IMG/VR virus record: IMGVR_UViG_3300028045_001344
Location: 1 to 64,000 of that record
Origin: a virus
Length of the DNA: 64,000 nucleotides
Strand: one strand, 5' to 3'
Both the position numbers and the translations under genes were made by a program. The notes below the pieces were generated by a model. The model was not told the origin of the DNA and did not search any database. It worked only from the letters and a program-made list of their open reading frames with translations. Position 1 is the stretch's first letter, and the number at the start of each line of letters is the position of its first letter. Positions 8,053 to 17,060 of the stretch are shown here, piece after piece.

Positions 8053-8816
8053 AGTTCTCCCACTTGTTCTGGTGAAAGAATTTTTACGTGCGGCATATTC
8101 ATCTTCTTATGAAAAGTCTTTGTTAAGTAATTGTGAGAGATCTTAGGAGCGATGACGGCAGTTATTTTCCAATTATCTACAAACGCTTCATTCCAATTGC
8201 TGTCCTTGACAATACGAGGCTTCCAATCTTCTTCATCAAAGACAAAGATCTGGTCCACATAATCTACACAGCGATAAGAAATTCCTACACCCTTGTTTGC
8301 TCCTGATGACTTTGTTCTTTCAGGATTAGCCAAAGTATAATCCACCCCTGCACCACTCATAACATCGTTCATGTCATTAGCCAACAAACTGATATGACCA
8401 TCTACCACAAACCCATAATCGCCCCAGGTAGAAGGTGTTACCTCTCCGGGTAAGTATGCGGCACAACTTAACTCGTCTTTGCTAGAACCTTTTAAGAGTC
8501 TAGCACTTCCCATTCTATCTGTCCAGTGAATTGTTATGAGACTGTTTAAGAAAGCACGATCAGCGTATTTGTTATATGTTTTTTTAATTCCGCGTCCGGT
8601 TTTGATAACTTCAGGATAATCACTGTCCATCACAGGGTTCCGCATCCGATCAAATCCGCCCATTTTGCACAAGGCTTTCGCAAATTCTTCACGAGTGTTG
8701 TCATCTTCCTTCAGGAATTTACGCCAGTTTTCAATTAAGATCTTCATATCTTTTGATCCTCCGACTACTTGTTCCAAGTCTTCATCGGTAAGTTCTCCGT
8801 CATCATTTTCCATCAC
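8049..8816 (-). CDS. Leader-bearing hypothetical protein, preceded in frame by a double-glycine-type leader peptide
   Basis: ELTDEDLEQVVGG, then MKILIENWRKFLKE (internal ATG at 8747 with a GGAGG RBS). Confidence 0.6.
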   Translation of the reverse strand: MMENDDGELTDEDLEQVVGGSKDMKILIENWRKFLKEDDNTREEFAKALCKMGGFDRMRNPVMDSDYPEVIKTGRGIKKTYNKYADRAFLNSLITIHWTDRMGSARLLKGSSKDELSCAAYLPGEVTPSTWGDYGFVVDGHISLLANDMNDVMSGAGVDYTLANPERTKSSGANKGVGISYRCVDYVDQIFVFDEEDWKPRIVKDSNWNEAFVDNWKITAVIAPKISHNYLTKTFHKKMNMPHVKILSPEQVGEL

Positions 8817-9027
8817 TCTTGAGGTATTGGGTTAGTTCTTTTTTTTGAGAGGTAGTCAAGGTTTTGCTCAAGACTTCCTTGACGCTAGTGAACGGAGCTT
8901 CTATAAAAGTTTTTCTATCCGCATCACAATAGGGGCAATTCATAAAAATACCTTTTCTTATTCCACCAAGACACAACGAACACTGCGCTTTTATATAAAG
9001 CACATGTTCGTCGCTGTCGTCGCTCAC
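8803..9027 (-). CDS. Small zinc-finger protein (CxxC...CxxC)
   Basis: CSLC...CPYC; late motif immediately upstream. Confidence 0.55.
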   Translation of the reverse strand: MSDDSDEHVLYIKAQCSLCLGGIRKGIFMNCPYCDADRKTFIEAPFTSVKEVLSKTLTTSQKKELTQYLKSDGK

Positions 9028-9032
9028 TTATA

Positions 9033-9040
9033 TAAATAGT
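9033..9040 (-). promoter_or_regulatory. Late promoter motif ACTATTTA heading the leader-protein array
   Basis: Same motif, downstream of the hsp20 terminator. Confidence 0.6.
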
Positions 9041-9063
9041 ATCAAAACAAACCTTAATGGTAT

Positions 9064-9095
9064 AAAAAAAGGGCATCTTGCAAGCAAGACACCCT
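9064..9095 (-). terminator. Rho-independent terminator downstream of hsp20
   Basis: Minus-strand hairpin GGGTGTCTTGC-TT-GCAAGATGCCC followed by T7. Confidence 0.75.
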
Positions 9096-9122
9096 GATTC
9101 TACTCTACCTAGTAAATATAGA

Positions 9123-9530
9123 TTACTTAATCTTAATTTGTCGTGGCTTGGTGGCTTCACTCTTTGGGAGCGTCACCACAAGAACCCCGCTTTTATAAGA
9201 CGCGCAAATGTTTTCAACATCACAACCGTTCGGAAGTTCATAACTTTTTGAATATTTAGTTGCGTAAGCGTAGTGATCTTTTTTGTCACCCACATCGTAA
9301 CTCACAGTTAATACCGAATTTTCCAGTGCGATGTTAAAATCTTTCTTTTCCAATCCTGGTGCTGCTAAAGAGATTTCATAATCTTCTTCATTCTCGCGCA
9401 CGGTGGGGGCATGTCGATCCCGTGATTGTTTTACCAACGGAGATTTATAAATCTCACCCCATCCATTAAACATTTCATCCAAAATGTTTAGCCCATAGTT
9501 CTTGTTATCCCTAAATGTCAATGCAGTCAT
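9123..9530 (-). CDS. hsp20: Small heat-shock protein, Hsp20/alpha-crystallin family
   Basis: YEISLAAPGLEKKDF...ASYKSGVLVVTLPK...IKIK; start at 9530 has an AGGAGG RBS. Confidence 0.92.
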   Translation of the reverse strand: MTALTFRDNKNYGLNILDEMFNGWGEIYKSPLVKQSRDRHAPTVRENEEDYEISLAAPGLEKKDFNIALENSVLTVSYDVGDKKDHYAYATKYSKSYELPNGCDVENICASYKSGVLVVTLPKSEATKPRQIKIK

Positions 9531-9549
9531 TCTTGCATCCTCCTTGTGC

Positions 9550-9579
9550 ATAATAAAAGCACGGTTTGGTTAGCGTCAA
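9550..9579 (-). promoter_or_regulatory. Sigma70-like promoter upstream of hsp20
   Basis: TTGACG-N18-TATTAT on the minus strand. Confidence 0.55.
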
Positions 9580-9588
9580 GTTAAAAAA

Positions 9589-9858
9589 TCACCCTAAAAG
9601 TAATTTTTTGGCGAATTTGATTTTTTCATTAATAATCTGTGGAGTACCCACCGCGATGAGCGAGCCCCCGTGAGACAAAGAAATTTCTACAAATTGATGA
9701 TCGGGGCTCAAGCCTTCGGGCAATTTGTTTTGGTGGAGCAGCATAATATATTGATCGCTTGGATTTACCGAAACAATGTGATTGGGGTTCAGGGATGTTT
9801 CACGCAAATAAAATTCATCGTTTTGGTTTGCGCGAACAACTTGAGTTAGTTTAATCAT
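9589..9858 (-). CDS. Hypothetical protein, FlbD/SwrD-like small beta protein
   Basis: MIKLT...LNPNHIVSV...ISL..G..I.V......I..KI pattern. Confidence 0.45.
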   Translation of the reverse strand: MIKLTQVVRANQNDEFYLRETSLNPNHIVSVNPSDQYIMLLHQNKLPEGLSPDHQFVEISLSHGGSLIAVGTPQIINEKIKFAKKLLLG

Positions 9859-10228
9859 TTGTGTTTTCTTCTCCCTCTACTGCTAAAATGTCCTGGGCTG
9901 ATACTTCTTGCGTCCCTTGTGGAATGGCTGAAGTGTGAAAATCTTCTTCTGGTTTTATTCCCAATTTAATGTTGGTGTCGGCTTTCACATAGCCGCCTAA
10001 AATTGATCCGAAATCTAATAGCTTTTGATCTATCTTCGATAATTTAAGTCGGGCTTCATCCATCGCCGCTAGTGTTTCAGTAATGTTCCCTTGATTGCTA
10101 TATGAAATCGCATCACTCAAATTTATTTCTAAGTGGGGAAGATCGTTTTCTTTGATGTTCCCCAACAATTCATATACCGTTGTTGGGATGTCTTCGAAGT
10201 CGCACTGATATGCTATTGTTACTTTCAT
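9851..10228 (-). CDS. Hypothetical protein
   Basis: 125 aa ORF in the operon. Confidence 0.6.
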   Translation of the reverse strand: MKVTIAYQCDFEDIPTTVYELLGNIKENDLPHLEINLSDAISYSNQGNITETLAAMDEARLKLSKIDQKLLDFGSILGGYVKADTNIKLGIKPEEDFHTSAIPQGTQEVSAQDILAVEGEENTND

Positions 10229-10951
10229 TTATGATGAGATTCCTTTTTTGTTTGGTTTCATTAAGTGTCTTTCTTCTACGCTAATAGGGCTACTGTGACC
10301 CATTGGCAAGATTGTGTATCCCTTCCCACCTTTGACAGCCGACAAAGTATCGGCGGAGGTACTTATCACAAAGCATAAACGACTCGCGAATCTCCGGCTG
10401 CGGTCAGACATTGGCGAGTTGCGACCGAAGGTAGAGCGCAATTGTACCATGCACCCTTTTTCAAACTTTGGTACATCGCGAGCGTTGCTCATTACATTTT
10501 GGGCGTATTTGTTGGTGGACATTTTCATATATTTATGACGCGGTGGAATATATTCTTCGTCATTAATAATGTGGGAAGCCATGTCCGTCCAATAGCCCGC
10601 GTTAAGATAATAGCGAGCAAGCAACTTTGCATCTTCGCGATGCTTTGCGTTGTATTCTTCGGTCCATCCCTTGAGTTTTTCTTTTTCGCCGGGAGAATAT
10701 CGGCTCTCAACCTTTTCAAACGACGAAAGTTGGCCCGCAGTCAAGAAATCGTTTTTATCGTGCCACTCTTTAAGAGAGGTTACAAAACTTTTGGTTGAAG
10801 TGTTCAGGTTCTCTTTTAGGATCTTATCTAGGCGAGCACCCAAATTAGGATCGGTCTTTTTTTCCTTGCGAGCATGATGATCGTGAACCGAATTAGTTCG
10901 CGGGTTTGCATAAAATCGTTGTCTAGCGTAAATTTGATTTGTTCCAGTCAT
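10229..10951 (-). CDS. Hypothetical protein (probably early gene)
   Basis: Start at 10951 with an AGGAGG RBS; own sigma70-like promoter. Confidence 0.7.
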   Translation of the reverse strand: MTGTNQIYARQRFYANPRTNSVHDHHARKEKKTDPNLGARLDKILKENLNTSTKSFVTSLKEWHDKNDFLTAGQLSSFEKVESRYSPGEKEKLKGWTEEYNAKHREDAKLLARYYLNAGYWTDMASHIINDEEYIPPRHKYMKMSTNKYAQNVMSNARDVPKFEKGCMVQLRSTFGRNSPMSDRSRRFASRLCFVISTSADTLSAVKGGKGYTILPMGHSSPISVEERHLMKPNKKGISS

Positions 10952-10977
10952 AAAGCCTCCTACCAACTTATGTTTTA

Positions 10978-11006
10978 ATACTACCATAGTTAAATATATG
11001 AGTCAA
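10978..11006 (-). promoter_or_regulatory. Sigma70-like promoter
   Basis: TTGACT-N17-TAGTAT with extended TG. Confidence 0.65.
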
Positions 11007-11046
11007 GAACTTTATTTAATAAGGGTTTTCGTGGTAGGATAAACCA

Positions 11047-11340
11047 CTATTGAAGGAGACTGATTATATAAGCACCCACGGAACCAACCAGCACAGAAAG
11101 AATGAGCCATGTAATTTTATCGCCTCTTTTCTTTTCTTCCTCAACTACACGCAAGCGAGCATAAAGACCTTTGTCGGGATTATAAACGGCTTCTTTGATT
11201 TTGGACACGTCTGCACTCATAGTTGTTTGGCTATTATTAATAATTTCAATAGCAGATAAAAGCTTTTCTTCAAGTGAGGTTATGCGAGCGCATAATTCAT
11301 AAACTTTGACTTCACTTTGAGATGGGTTTTTATCAGGCAT
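11047..11340 (-). CDS. Coiled-coil protein with C-terminal TM helix (holin/XhlA-like candidate)
   Basis: C-terminal ITWLILSVLVGSVGAYIISLL; late motif 4 nt upstream. Confidence 0.5.
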   Translation of the reverse strand: MPDKNPSQSEVKVYELCARITSLEEKLLSAIEIINNSQTTMSADVSKIKEAVYNPDKGLYARLRVVEEEKKRGDKITWLILSVLVGSVGAYIISLLQ

Positions 11341-11344
11341 ACAC

Positions 11345-11352
11345 TAAATAGT
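11345..11352 (-). promoter_or_regulatory. Late promoter motif ACTATTTA
   Basis: Same motif, 4 nt from an ATG. Confidence 0.6.
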
Positions 11353-11358
11353 GGTTAG

Positions 11359-12933
11359 TTACGGCTTTTGCTCCACAATTCCCACATCAGTGGTCAATAA
11401 TGTTGATGCCGCCGAAGCTGCGTTTTGGAGAGCGCATCGAGTAACCTTGAATGGATCAATAATACCATAAGTAAACATATTTACTATTTCCCCTGTAGAA
11501 ATGTCCAAGCCAGATTCAGGGTTCGTATGAGTTTCTACCTTCTCTAAATAAATGTCGGGAGACAACCCGGCATTGGAAACCATTTTTCTGAATGGCTCCT
11601 TGATTGCTTGCTTTACAATGTCCACTCCAATTTGTTGTTCGTGTGTTTCGGTTTCCACCTCGATCTTCTTTGCTACTCGCAACAAAGGTGCAGAGCCACC
11701 AGCCATGATGCCTTCTTGCTGCGCTGAATGGACTGCTTCCAAGGCATCTTCAACTCTGTGTTTCTTTTCCATCATTTCTATTTCAGTGATACCACCTACT
11801 TTAATAACAGCAATAGCTGACGCAAGGCGCGTTATTCTTTCTTGTATCTTTTCGCATATATTAAGACTAGACTCCTTTTCAATCTCCTCTTTTAGCAACT
11901 CAATTCTCTTCTCCACTTCTTCATCGTCTTGGTTGCCACCAACAATAATGGTTGCTCTCTTGTCCGACTCAATACTTTGGGCTGTGCCAAAGTGTGGTAG
12001 TGTGATATCTTTGAGATGAAGTCCGCTTTCTCGTGATATAAAAGTTGCTCCCGTTGAAATGGCTAAGTCCGCTAATATATTTCTCCTTTCCTCTCCGTAA
12101 CGCGGTGCTTTGATCCCTGCTACTCGCATAGATCCTTTCATAGAATTCATAATCATGGCAGCAAGAGCTTGGCCTGAGATATCTTCTGCAATAATAATAA
12201 ATGCTCGACCATCTCGTGCCGCGATTTCTAATGACGGTAGGATATCATCAATGGTGGTGATATTTTTATCTGTTACCAAAATTAAACAATCTTCATGTTT
12301 CATTACCCCGCGACGTTCATCAGTGATGAATGCATTGGCAAGTAACCCCGAATCAAATTGAAAACCCTCGGTCAACTCTAAAGAAGTTTCATTGGACTTG
12401 GCTTCTTTGATTGTTATTGCTCCGCCCTTACCAACCTGATCAACAGCACTAGCAATCAGTTTTCCAATCCCCTTATCACCATTCGCAGAAATCGTGGCTA
12501 CTTGTTCAATTTCTTCTTTAGTGGAAACAGGACGAGAGTGCTCTTTTAGTTCAGTCACAATCGCATCCACAGCCAAATCAATTCCGCGTTTCAATTCTAT
12601 AGGAGAGGCACCTGTGACCAAATGTGTCTGCGCTTTCTGAAGAATTGCCCTAGCCAAAACTGTTGCGGTAGTGGTTCCGTCACCCGCCATGGAGTTAGTT
12701 ACTTCGCTGGCTTGCTTAATAACTTGAGCCCCAAGATTTTCAAAGGGATCTTCGAACTCAACAAACCTCGCAACCGTCACACCATCTTTTGTTATAAGAG
12801 GTCGTTGATTGTGGTTCTTTAGTATTACATTCCTGCCACGAGGACCGAGTGTTGCGCCAACTGCGTCGGCTAACTTGTCCACACCGTTCATTATGGCTTC
12901 GTTTAGTTTTCTTCCCGATCTATAATGCTTCAT
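11359..12933 (-). CDS. groEL: Chaperonin GroEL
   Basis: TLGPRGRNV, ITKDGVTVA and GDGTTTATVLA motifs. Confidence 0.97.
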   Translation of the reverse strand: MKHYRSGRKLNEAIMNGVDKLADAVGATLGPRGRNVILKNHNQRPLITKDGVTVARFVEFEDPFENLGAQVIKQASEVTNSMAGDGTTTATVLARAILQKAQTHLVTGASPIELKRGIDLAVDAIVTELKEHSRPVSTKEEIEQVATISANGDKGIGKLIASAVDQVGKGGAITIKEAKSNETSLELTEGFQFDSGLLANAFITDERRGVMKHEDCLILVTDKNITTIDDILPSLEIAARDGRAFIIIAEDISGQALAAMIMNSMKGSMRVAGIKAPRYGEERRNILADLAISTGATFISRESGLHLKDITLPHFGTAQSIESDKRATIIVGGNQDDEEVEKRIELLKEEIEKESSLNICEKIQERITRLASAIAVIKVGGITEIEMMEKKHRVEDALEAVHSAQQEGIMAGGSAPLLRVAKKIEVETETHEQQIGVDIVKQAIKEPFRKMVSNAGLSPDIYLEKVETHTNPESGLDISTGEIVNMFTYGIIDPFKVTRCALQNAASAASTLLTTDVGIVEQKP

Positions 12934-14449
12934 TTACTTTGGCTCCCTTTGCGCGGTTCGCCTTCCTTGGAATGAGGCGTCCATTGTCGGGAGTTGTTGT
13001 TCCACCTTGAGCCACCGGAACTATATGATCCGCTTCGATATGTTTTGTTTGAGAAAAAACATCGCTAGCTGCAATATCGGGATCAACGTGACCCTCGACG
13101 AACATGGCTCGTTTTTGGCTCTTTGAATAGGCATCTTTGGATTTTCTGATTTTAGAAATTGCGCCTTTCTCGATGAAATCCGTTTCCACCGTTGCAAACC
13201 ACTCTTTGATTTTGTTCTCTCTCATTTCCCAAGTCATCACTATTTTTTTGTTTCCAGTTGGCACACCCTCGGAATCTATTTCCTTCGCGGTTCGCTGGGA
13301 GAAGTAGAAATAATAAGAAGCATTTACAAAGGATTCTGTTTCCTTCTCAAAGTCGGTCCACCCCCTGGTGGCTTCATCTTCCTCAGTCCTCCACAAAAAG
13401 CCTAAATATGCATCAAGAACCGCTTTATAGTCTTTAATCTTATAAACATTCTCAATGCAATTACTTACAAGGAGCCACATATTGCTCCACTGTCCTTTGA
13501 GAAGACTTTTTGTGCTTTGGTCTTTGAGCATATTTGCCATTGTAGATAAAATATCTTTGGTTCTTTTCTCCAACTTTTCATTAATATTTTTAGTCTGATA
13601 ATAAAAAGAATCTAATGAGGCATCGTTGCATGGCATTACACCCGCACTCGCGCCCGATTTGGCATATTCATACATCAAGTGTTGTGCAAAGATCTTATCA
13701 GTTTCGCGTTTTTGAGCCTCACTGTTACTCATTACACATGTAAATGCCGCACGGGTTCCTAATTTTTCATCTAAATCCGCGCATTTTCTTACAAACGAAG
13801 CAATATTGCCGCCATTATACGCATTTCGACAATCTTGTTTACTCCAAACCAATGAAGAATTAACTGAAATTATATTTTTATGCAAAAGGTCAACGGTGGC
13901 TCCGATGATTATTTTTATAGAAATTTTTTTAGACATAAAATATTGTTGTAAGTCTTCAGGAAGCGCAGTAAACTTTTTATCCTTTTTTTGACCAGGAACC
14001 TTAACAGTAAATCTGCCCTCAACATAGGCATTAAGATAAGATAAAGTATTATGAGCATCTTCGATCAAATATTTCGCAGTGAGCGAATCTTCTCCCATTT
14101 CAGAATTGGGCAAAATCTTGTGTGAAAGCTTGATAAAATATTCGGCATCTGATGCTTTATTATTTCGATTGCAATAAGCTATTACTGCTGGCAAATCAAC
14201 CGCGATAATTTGATTTAGGTTCAGATTTAGAAAAACGTTCTGAATGTATTCTTTGCCTTTTTTAAGATTCCAACCCGCCCCACGGCTAACTGCGTTGCCA
14301 GTCTCGGAATGATAAGTGACACCACCCCACCTTTGTCTGTCAAAGTCCACATAGCTTCGAGCAAAGATGGCAAGAGCTTGTTGGATTGTAATTTCTTGGG
14401 AATCGTATTTGAGAGAGAGCCCCTCAAGTGTTTGAATAATGTTCGTCAT
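12920..14449 (-). CDS. DUF262/GmrS-like N-terminus with C-terminal HNH endonuclease
   Basis: C-terminal IEADHIVPVAQGGTTTPDNGRLIPRKANRAKG (HNH); N-terminal QR and IEDAHN motifs resemble degenerate DUF262. Confidence 0.65.
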   Translation of the reverse strand: MTNIIQTLEGLSLKYDSQEITIQQALAIFARSYVDFDRQRWGGVTYHSETGNAVSRGAGWNLKKGKEYIQNVFLNLNLNQIIAVDLPAVIAYCNRNNKASDAEYFIKLSHKILPNSEMGEDSLTAKYLIEDAHNTLSYLNAYVEGRFTVKVPGQKKDKKFTALPEDLQQYFMSKKISIKIIIGATVDLLHKNIISVNSSLVWSKQDCRNAYNGGNIASFVRKCADLDEKLGTRAAFTCVMSNSEAQKRETDKIFAQHLMYEYAKSGASAGVMPCNDASLDSFYYQTKNINEKLEKRTKDILSTMANMLKDQSTKSLLKGQWSNMWLLVSNCIENVYKIKDYKAVLDAYLGFLWRTEEDEATRGWTDFEKETESFVNASYYFYFSQRTAKEIDSEGVPTGNKKIVMTWEMRENKIKEWFATVETDFIEKGAISKIRKSKDAYSKSQKRAMFVEGHVDPDIAASDVFSQTKHIEADHIVPVAQGGTTTPDNGRLIPRKANRAKGAKVNEAL

Positions 14450-14542
14450 TATGACCTCCGTCGCGATAACCTACGCGATTTTGTATTTTAATTTTCAAAG
14501 TGCCTCTTTAAACTAAAAGACAAACTCTGAATTGTTCTACGA

Positions 14543-15544
14543 CTATATCATACCTTTAGAATTTTTTGTAGAATTTTTTATTCTTTTTGTTGCCATTTCA
14601 AAATACTTTTCATCGTTTTCAACACCAATAAAGAGTCGCCCTTCTTGGATAGCAACAACTCCGGTTGTACCAGACCCCATGCAACAATCCAACACAACAT
14701 CGCCCTCATTAGAATAAGTTTTAATAATGTAAGACATAAGTTCTTCCGGTTTTTGTGTTGGGTGGCCACCTGTCTCGGATTTTCTAATCCTCGGATTTGA
14801 AATTTTTATCACGCTTCGGGCATGGCGAAAGCCAGCGTTCTCTTTAATAATGTCGTTGGATTGAACTCCATAACAAGAAGATTTGTTTTTCCATGGTTTT
14901 CTTACCCACCCCGTCTTTTCCAATTCCTCTAGGGAAGCAGCAGTATACCCCTCTTTCTTCTTTTCGTTTTCAATTTTCACATATGCTGCTTCGTCAATTA
15001 GTGTTTTTTCTTCCTCAGTCTTCAAATGAACCCATATTGAATTGCCATTCTTAGTTATACAATATTTTTTTTTATCAATTTCCTCAAAAAATTGATCATC
15101 CCCATTATATTTTTTTAACTTTCTATGAATGGAGTAAGGCTTGCCTTTAGTTTTTTGTTCATTGTAGGTTGCTTTGGGTTTAGAGAATATTATAATATGT
15201 TCATGACTTCTCATAGGTTGCCGTTTGACATTTAGTTGACCCGAAGATATTGTTTTCTCCCAAATTAGGTCATATCTGAATTTTAGTGTCTTACAAAAGT
15301 CCTTATTAGACGTGATCAAACTTGTCACGAAAGGCTGAGTTGCGGTTAGCACAACCATCCCGTTAGGGACAACTATACGCTCAAAAGCCTCCCACATTTT
15401 TTCTAAATTGATTATTGCATCCCATCTATTGTTTGTAGTTCCATAAGGTAAATCAGCGGCAACCAACTGCACAGATGAATCAGGGAGAGTTGACATAACT
15501 TTCAAACAATCCCCAAACATTAATTTATACCCCTCTTTTTTCAT
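14543..15544 (-). CDS. N4-C/N6-A DNA methyltransferase (beta class)
   Basis: GDCL...ADLPYG...HPTQKPEELM...VLDCCMGSGTTG. Confidence 0.92.
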   Translation of the reverse strand: MKKEGYKLMFGDCLKVMSTLPDSSVQLVAADLPYGTTNNRWDAIINLEKMWEAFERIVVPNGMVVLTATQPFVTSLITSNKDFCKTLKFRYDLIWEKTISSGQLNVKRQPMRSHEHIIIFSKPKATYNEQKTKGKPYSIHRKLKKYNGDDQFFEEIDKKKYCITKNGNSIWVHLKTEEEKTLIDEAAYVKIENEKKKEGYTAASLEELEKTGWVRKPWKNKSSCYGVQSNDIIKENAGFRHARSVIKISNPRIRKSETGGHPTQKPEELMSYIIKTYSNEGDVVLDCCMGSGTTGVVAIQEGRLFIGVENDEKYFEMATKRIKNSTKNSKGMI

Positions 15545-16121
15545 AAGCCCTCTCCAAATCAGCTCGTGAAATTTTGAAATCTTTCAACGCTTGCCAACAT
15601 CTATTAGTAGATGTACAAACAGGCCTGAGCGCATACTCCACATTTTTGTTTCCAAGATTAGCTTCCTTGGTGCCATGCGCCCCATGTCCATGTTGATCGA
15701 GTAAGGATTGCATTTCCTTTTTAGGCACAAGATAAAGCTCCAAAGTGTCATCAAGTTGAAGAACTTCGAAAACATAATCCACTTGCTGCCAAGGTCTTAG
15801 TTGCACAAAATTGATATTTCCTTTCTCATTAGTTATGGAAAACTTATATTCCCAATGACGGCCGGAAGTATTTTTATAATCTCCGAGATCCTTAGTTGCG
15901 GGAACTTTACTAAGAAACTTATTGTAATGGCGAATATGTAACCTCTCCATCAAAGGACCATAAGATTGAGAAGTTAGTAGTCGAATCATCCCAGGTCTAT
16001 CGCCCTTATAACATTCAGAATAAATTTTCTCAAATCCTTCACTCTTATTCTTGAGTTTGATAAATTCTTGACGAATCAACTTATGTTCTGAGATAAAATG
16101 TTGTGCTTTTTGAAAATCCAT
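15525..16121 (-). CDS. Putative PD-(D/E)XK restriction endonuclease
   Basis: GD...WEYKFS...NFVQLRPW; overlaps the MTase gene. Confidence 0.5.
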   Translation of the reverse strand: MDFQKAQHFISEHKLIRQEFIKLKNKSEGFEKIYSECYKGDRPGMIRLLTSQSYGPLMERLHIRHYNKFLSKVPATKDLGDYKNTSGRHWEYKFSITNEKGNINFVQLRPWQQVDYVFEVLQLDDTLELYLVPKKEMQSLLDQHGHGAHGTKEANLGNKNVEYALRPVCTSTNRCWQALKDFKISRADLERAYEKRGV

Positions 16122-16124
16122 GTT

Positions 16125-17060
16125 TTATTCTCCCCTCTCTCTAGGATAAGCTAACTGTAGCACCCCTGGATTGTGTTTGTCAAATAGTTTTTTCAATTTC
16201 TTTGTTTCTTTCTTAGTCCGCCCAAGAATATATATATATTTATGTTTTGTTGGCGACTTCCGTTTGCTGCACCGTTCCTGGTGTGCCTTACGTTCTTGTT
16301 TTAATTGTTTAGAAATGTCTTCTGGGATTGTTTTCCAATTTACTTTTTTATAATTCTTCTTGGTGCCCACCATTTTATACCACTCGGGTTGCCATTCGAT
16401 CTCTAGTTTTTTTGCATAGCGGACGATCTGACTTCGGTCGGCAAAACCACTGCTACCAAACCAACCACGCTTGGGATTGTCGGGGTCAAGGTATTGACTT
16501 CCAGCACCAAATTTCTGCCCTAAATAGATAAAATTACAGGCTTGATAGATTGTTCCTAACTCCTTTGCCTCGGGATCGGAATAGGCTGAAAATGCTCTAA
16601 ATTCAGTGTTTTTTACCATATACTTAATGGACTTGGTTATGAGCCACGAAGCCAGATTTTTGGGAGCCCACGAGATACAGGCACCTCGGCTTATTAGTTT
16701 TTCTTTATTTTTATTTTCTTCGCCCAAAATGTTAGAAAATGAATTGGGGGTTGCCATAATAATGACCCCGGCTAATGCGTCACTCTTTTTTAGTCGCGCT
16801 GTGAAGCGATGCGTTAACCAGATGGGTAGTTTGCCAAGCCACTCGTGTCGTTCAATAAATTGTTTAATTTCGTCGCACTGTTCTTTGTTAGTTTTATCAA
16901 CATAAGAAAACTCGAAGTCTTCAATTCTTAAATTATTATATTCTTCCTGGGTAAGTTCGGCTTCGTGGAGATCTTTTATTAAGTTTTGTTGCCGGATCTC
17001 GTATTGCCAACAATGATTCTTTTTGTAATCTTTAAATCTGTCGTAAACTTCTTGCTTCAT
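16125..17060 (-). CDS. Mom-like (GNAT-fold) DNA adenine modification protein
   Basis: FIERHEWLG...ISRGAC...PKNLASWLI...AYSDP....GTIYQACNFIYLG matches the Mom-family signature. Confidence 0.7.
   Translation of the reverse strand: MKQEVYDRFKDYKKNHCWQYEIRQQNLIKDLHEAELTQEEYNNLRIEDFEFSYVDKTNKEQCDEIKQFIERHEWLGKLPIWLTHRFTARLKKSDALAGVIIMATPNSFSNILGEENKNKEKLISRGACISWAPKNLASWLITKSIKYMVKNTEFRAFSAYSDPEAKELGTIYQACNFIYLGQKFGAGSQYLDPDNPKRGWFGSSGFADRSQIVRYAKKLEIEWQPEWYKMVGTKKNYKKVNWKTIPEDISKQLKQERKAHQERCSKRKSPTKHKYIYILGRTKKETKKLKKLFDKHNPGVLQLAYPRERGE

Larger units (their letters stand above)
2827..8747 (-). repeat. Nine dispersed copies of a leader-coding repeat, consensus about ATGAA(A/G)CTxxTxxTxGAAAAxTGGCG
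   Basis: Starts at 2851, 3475, 4509, 4871, 5503, 6424, 7442, 8052 and 8747; the copies at 2851 and 6424 share an identical ATGAAACTCTTATTTGAAAACTGGCG. Confidence 0.9.

Noticed and set aside
2827-8747. Leader repeats read as a CRISPR array or integron attC sites
   Set aside because: The repeats are protein-coding, non-palindromic and separated by whole genes; no cas or integrase gene is in the window.
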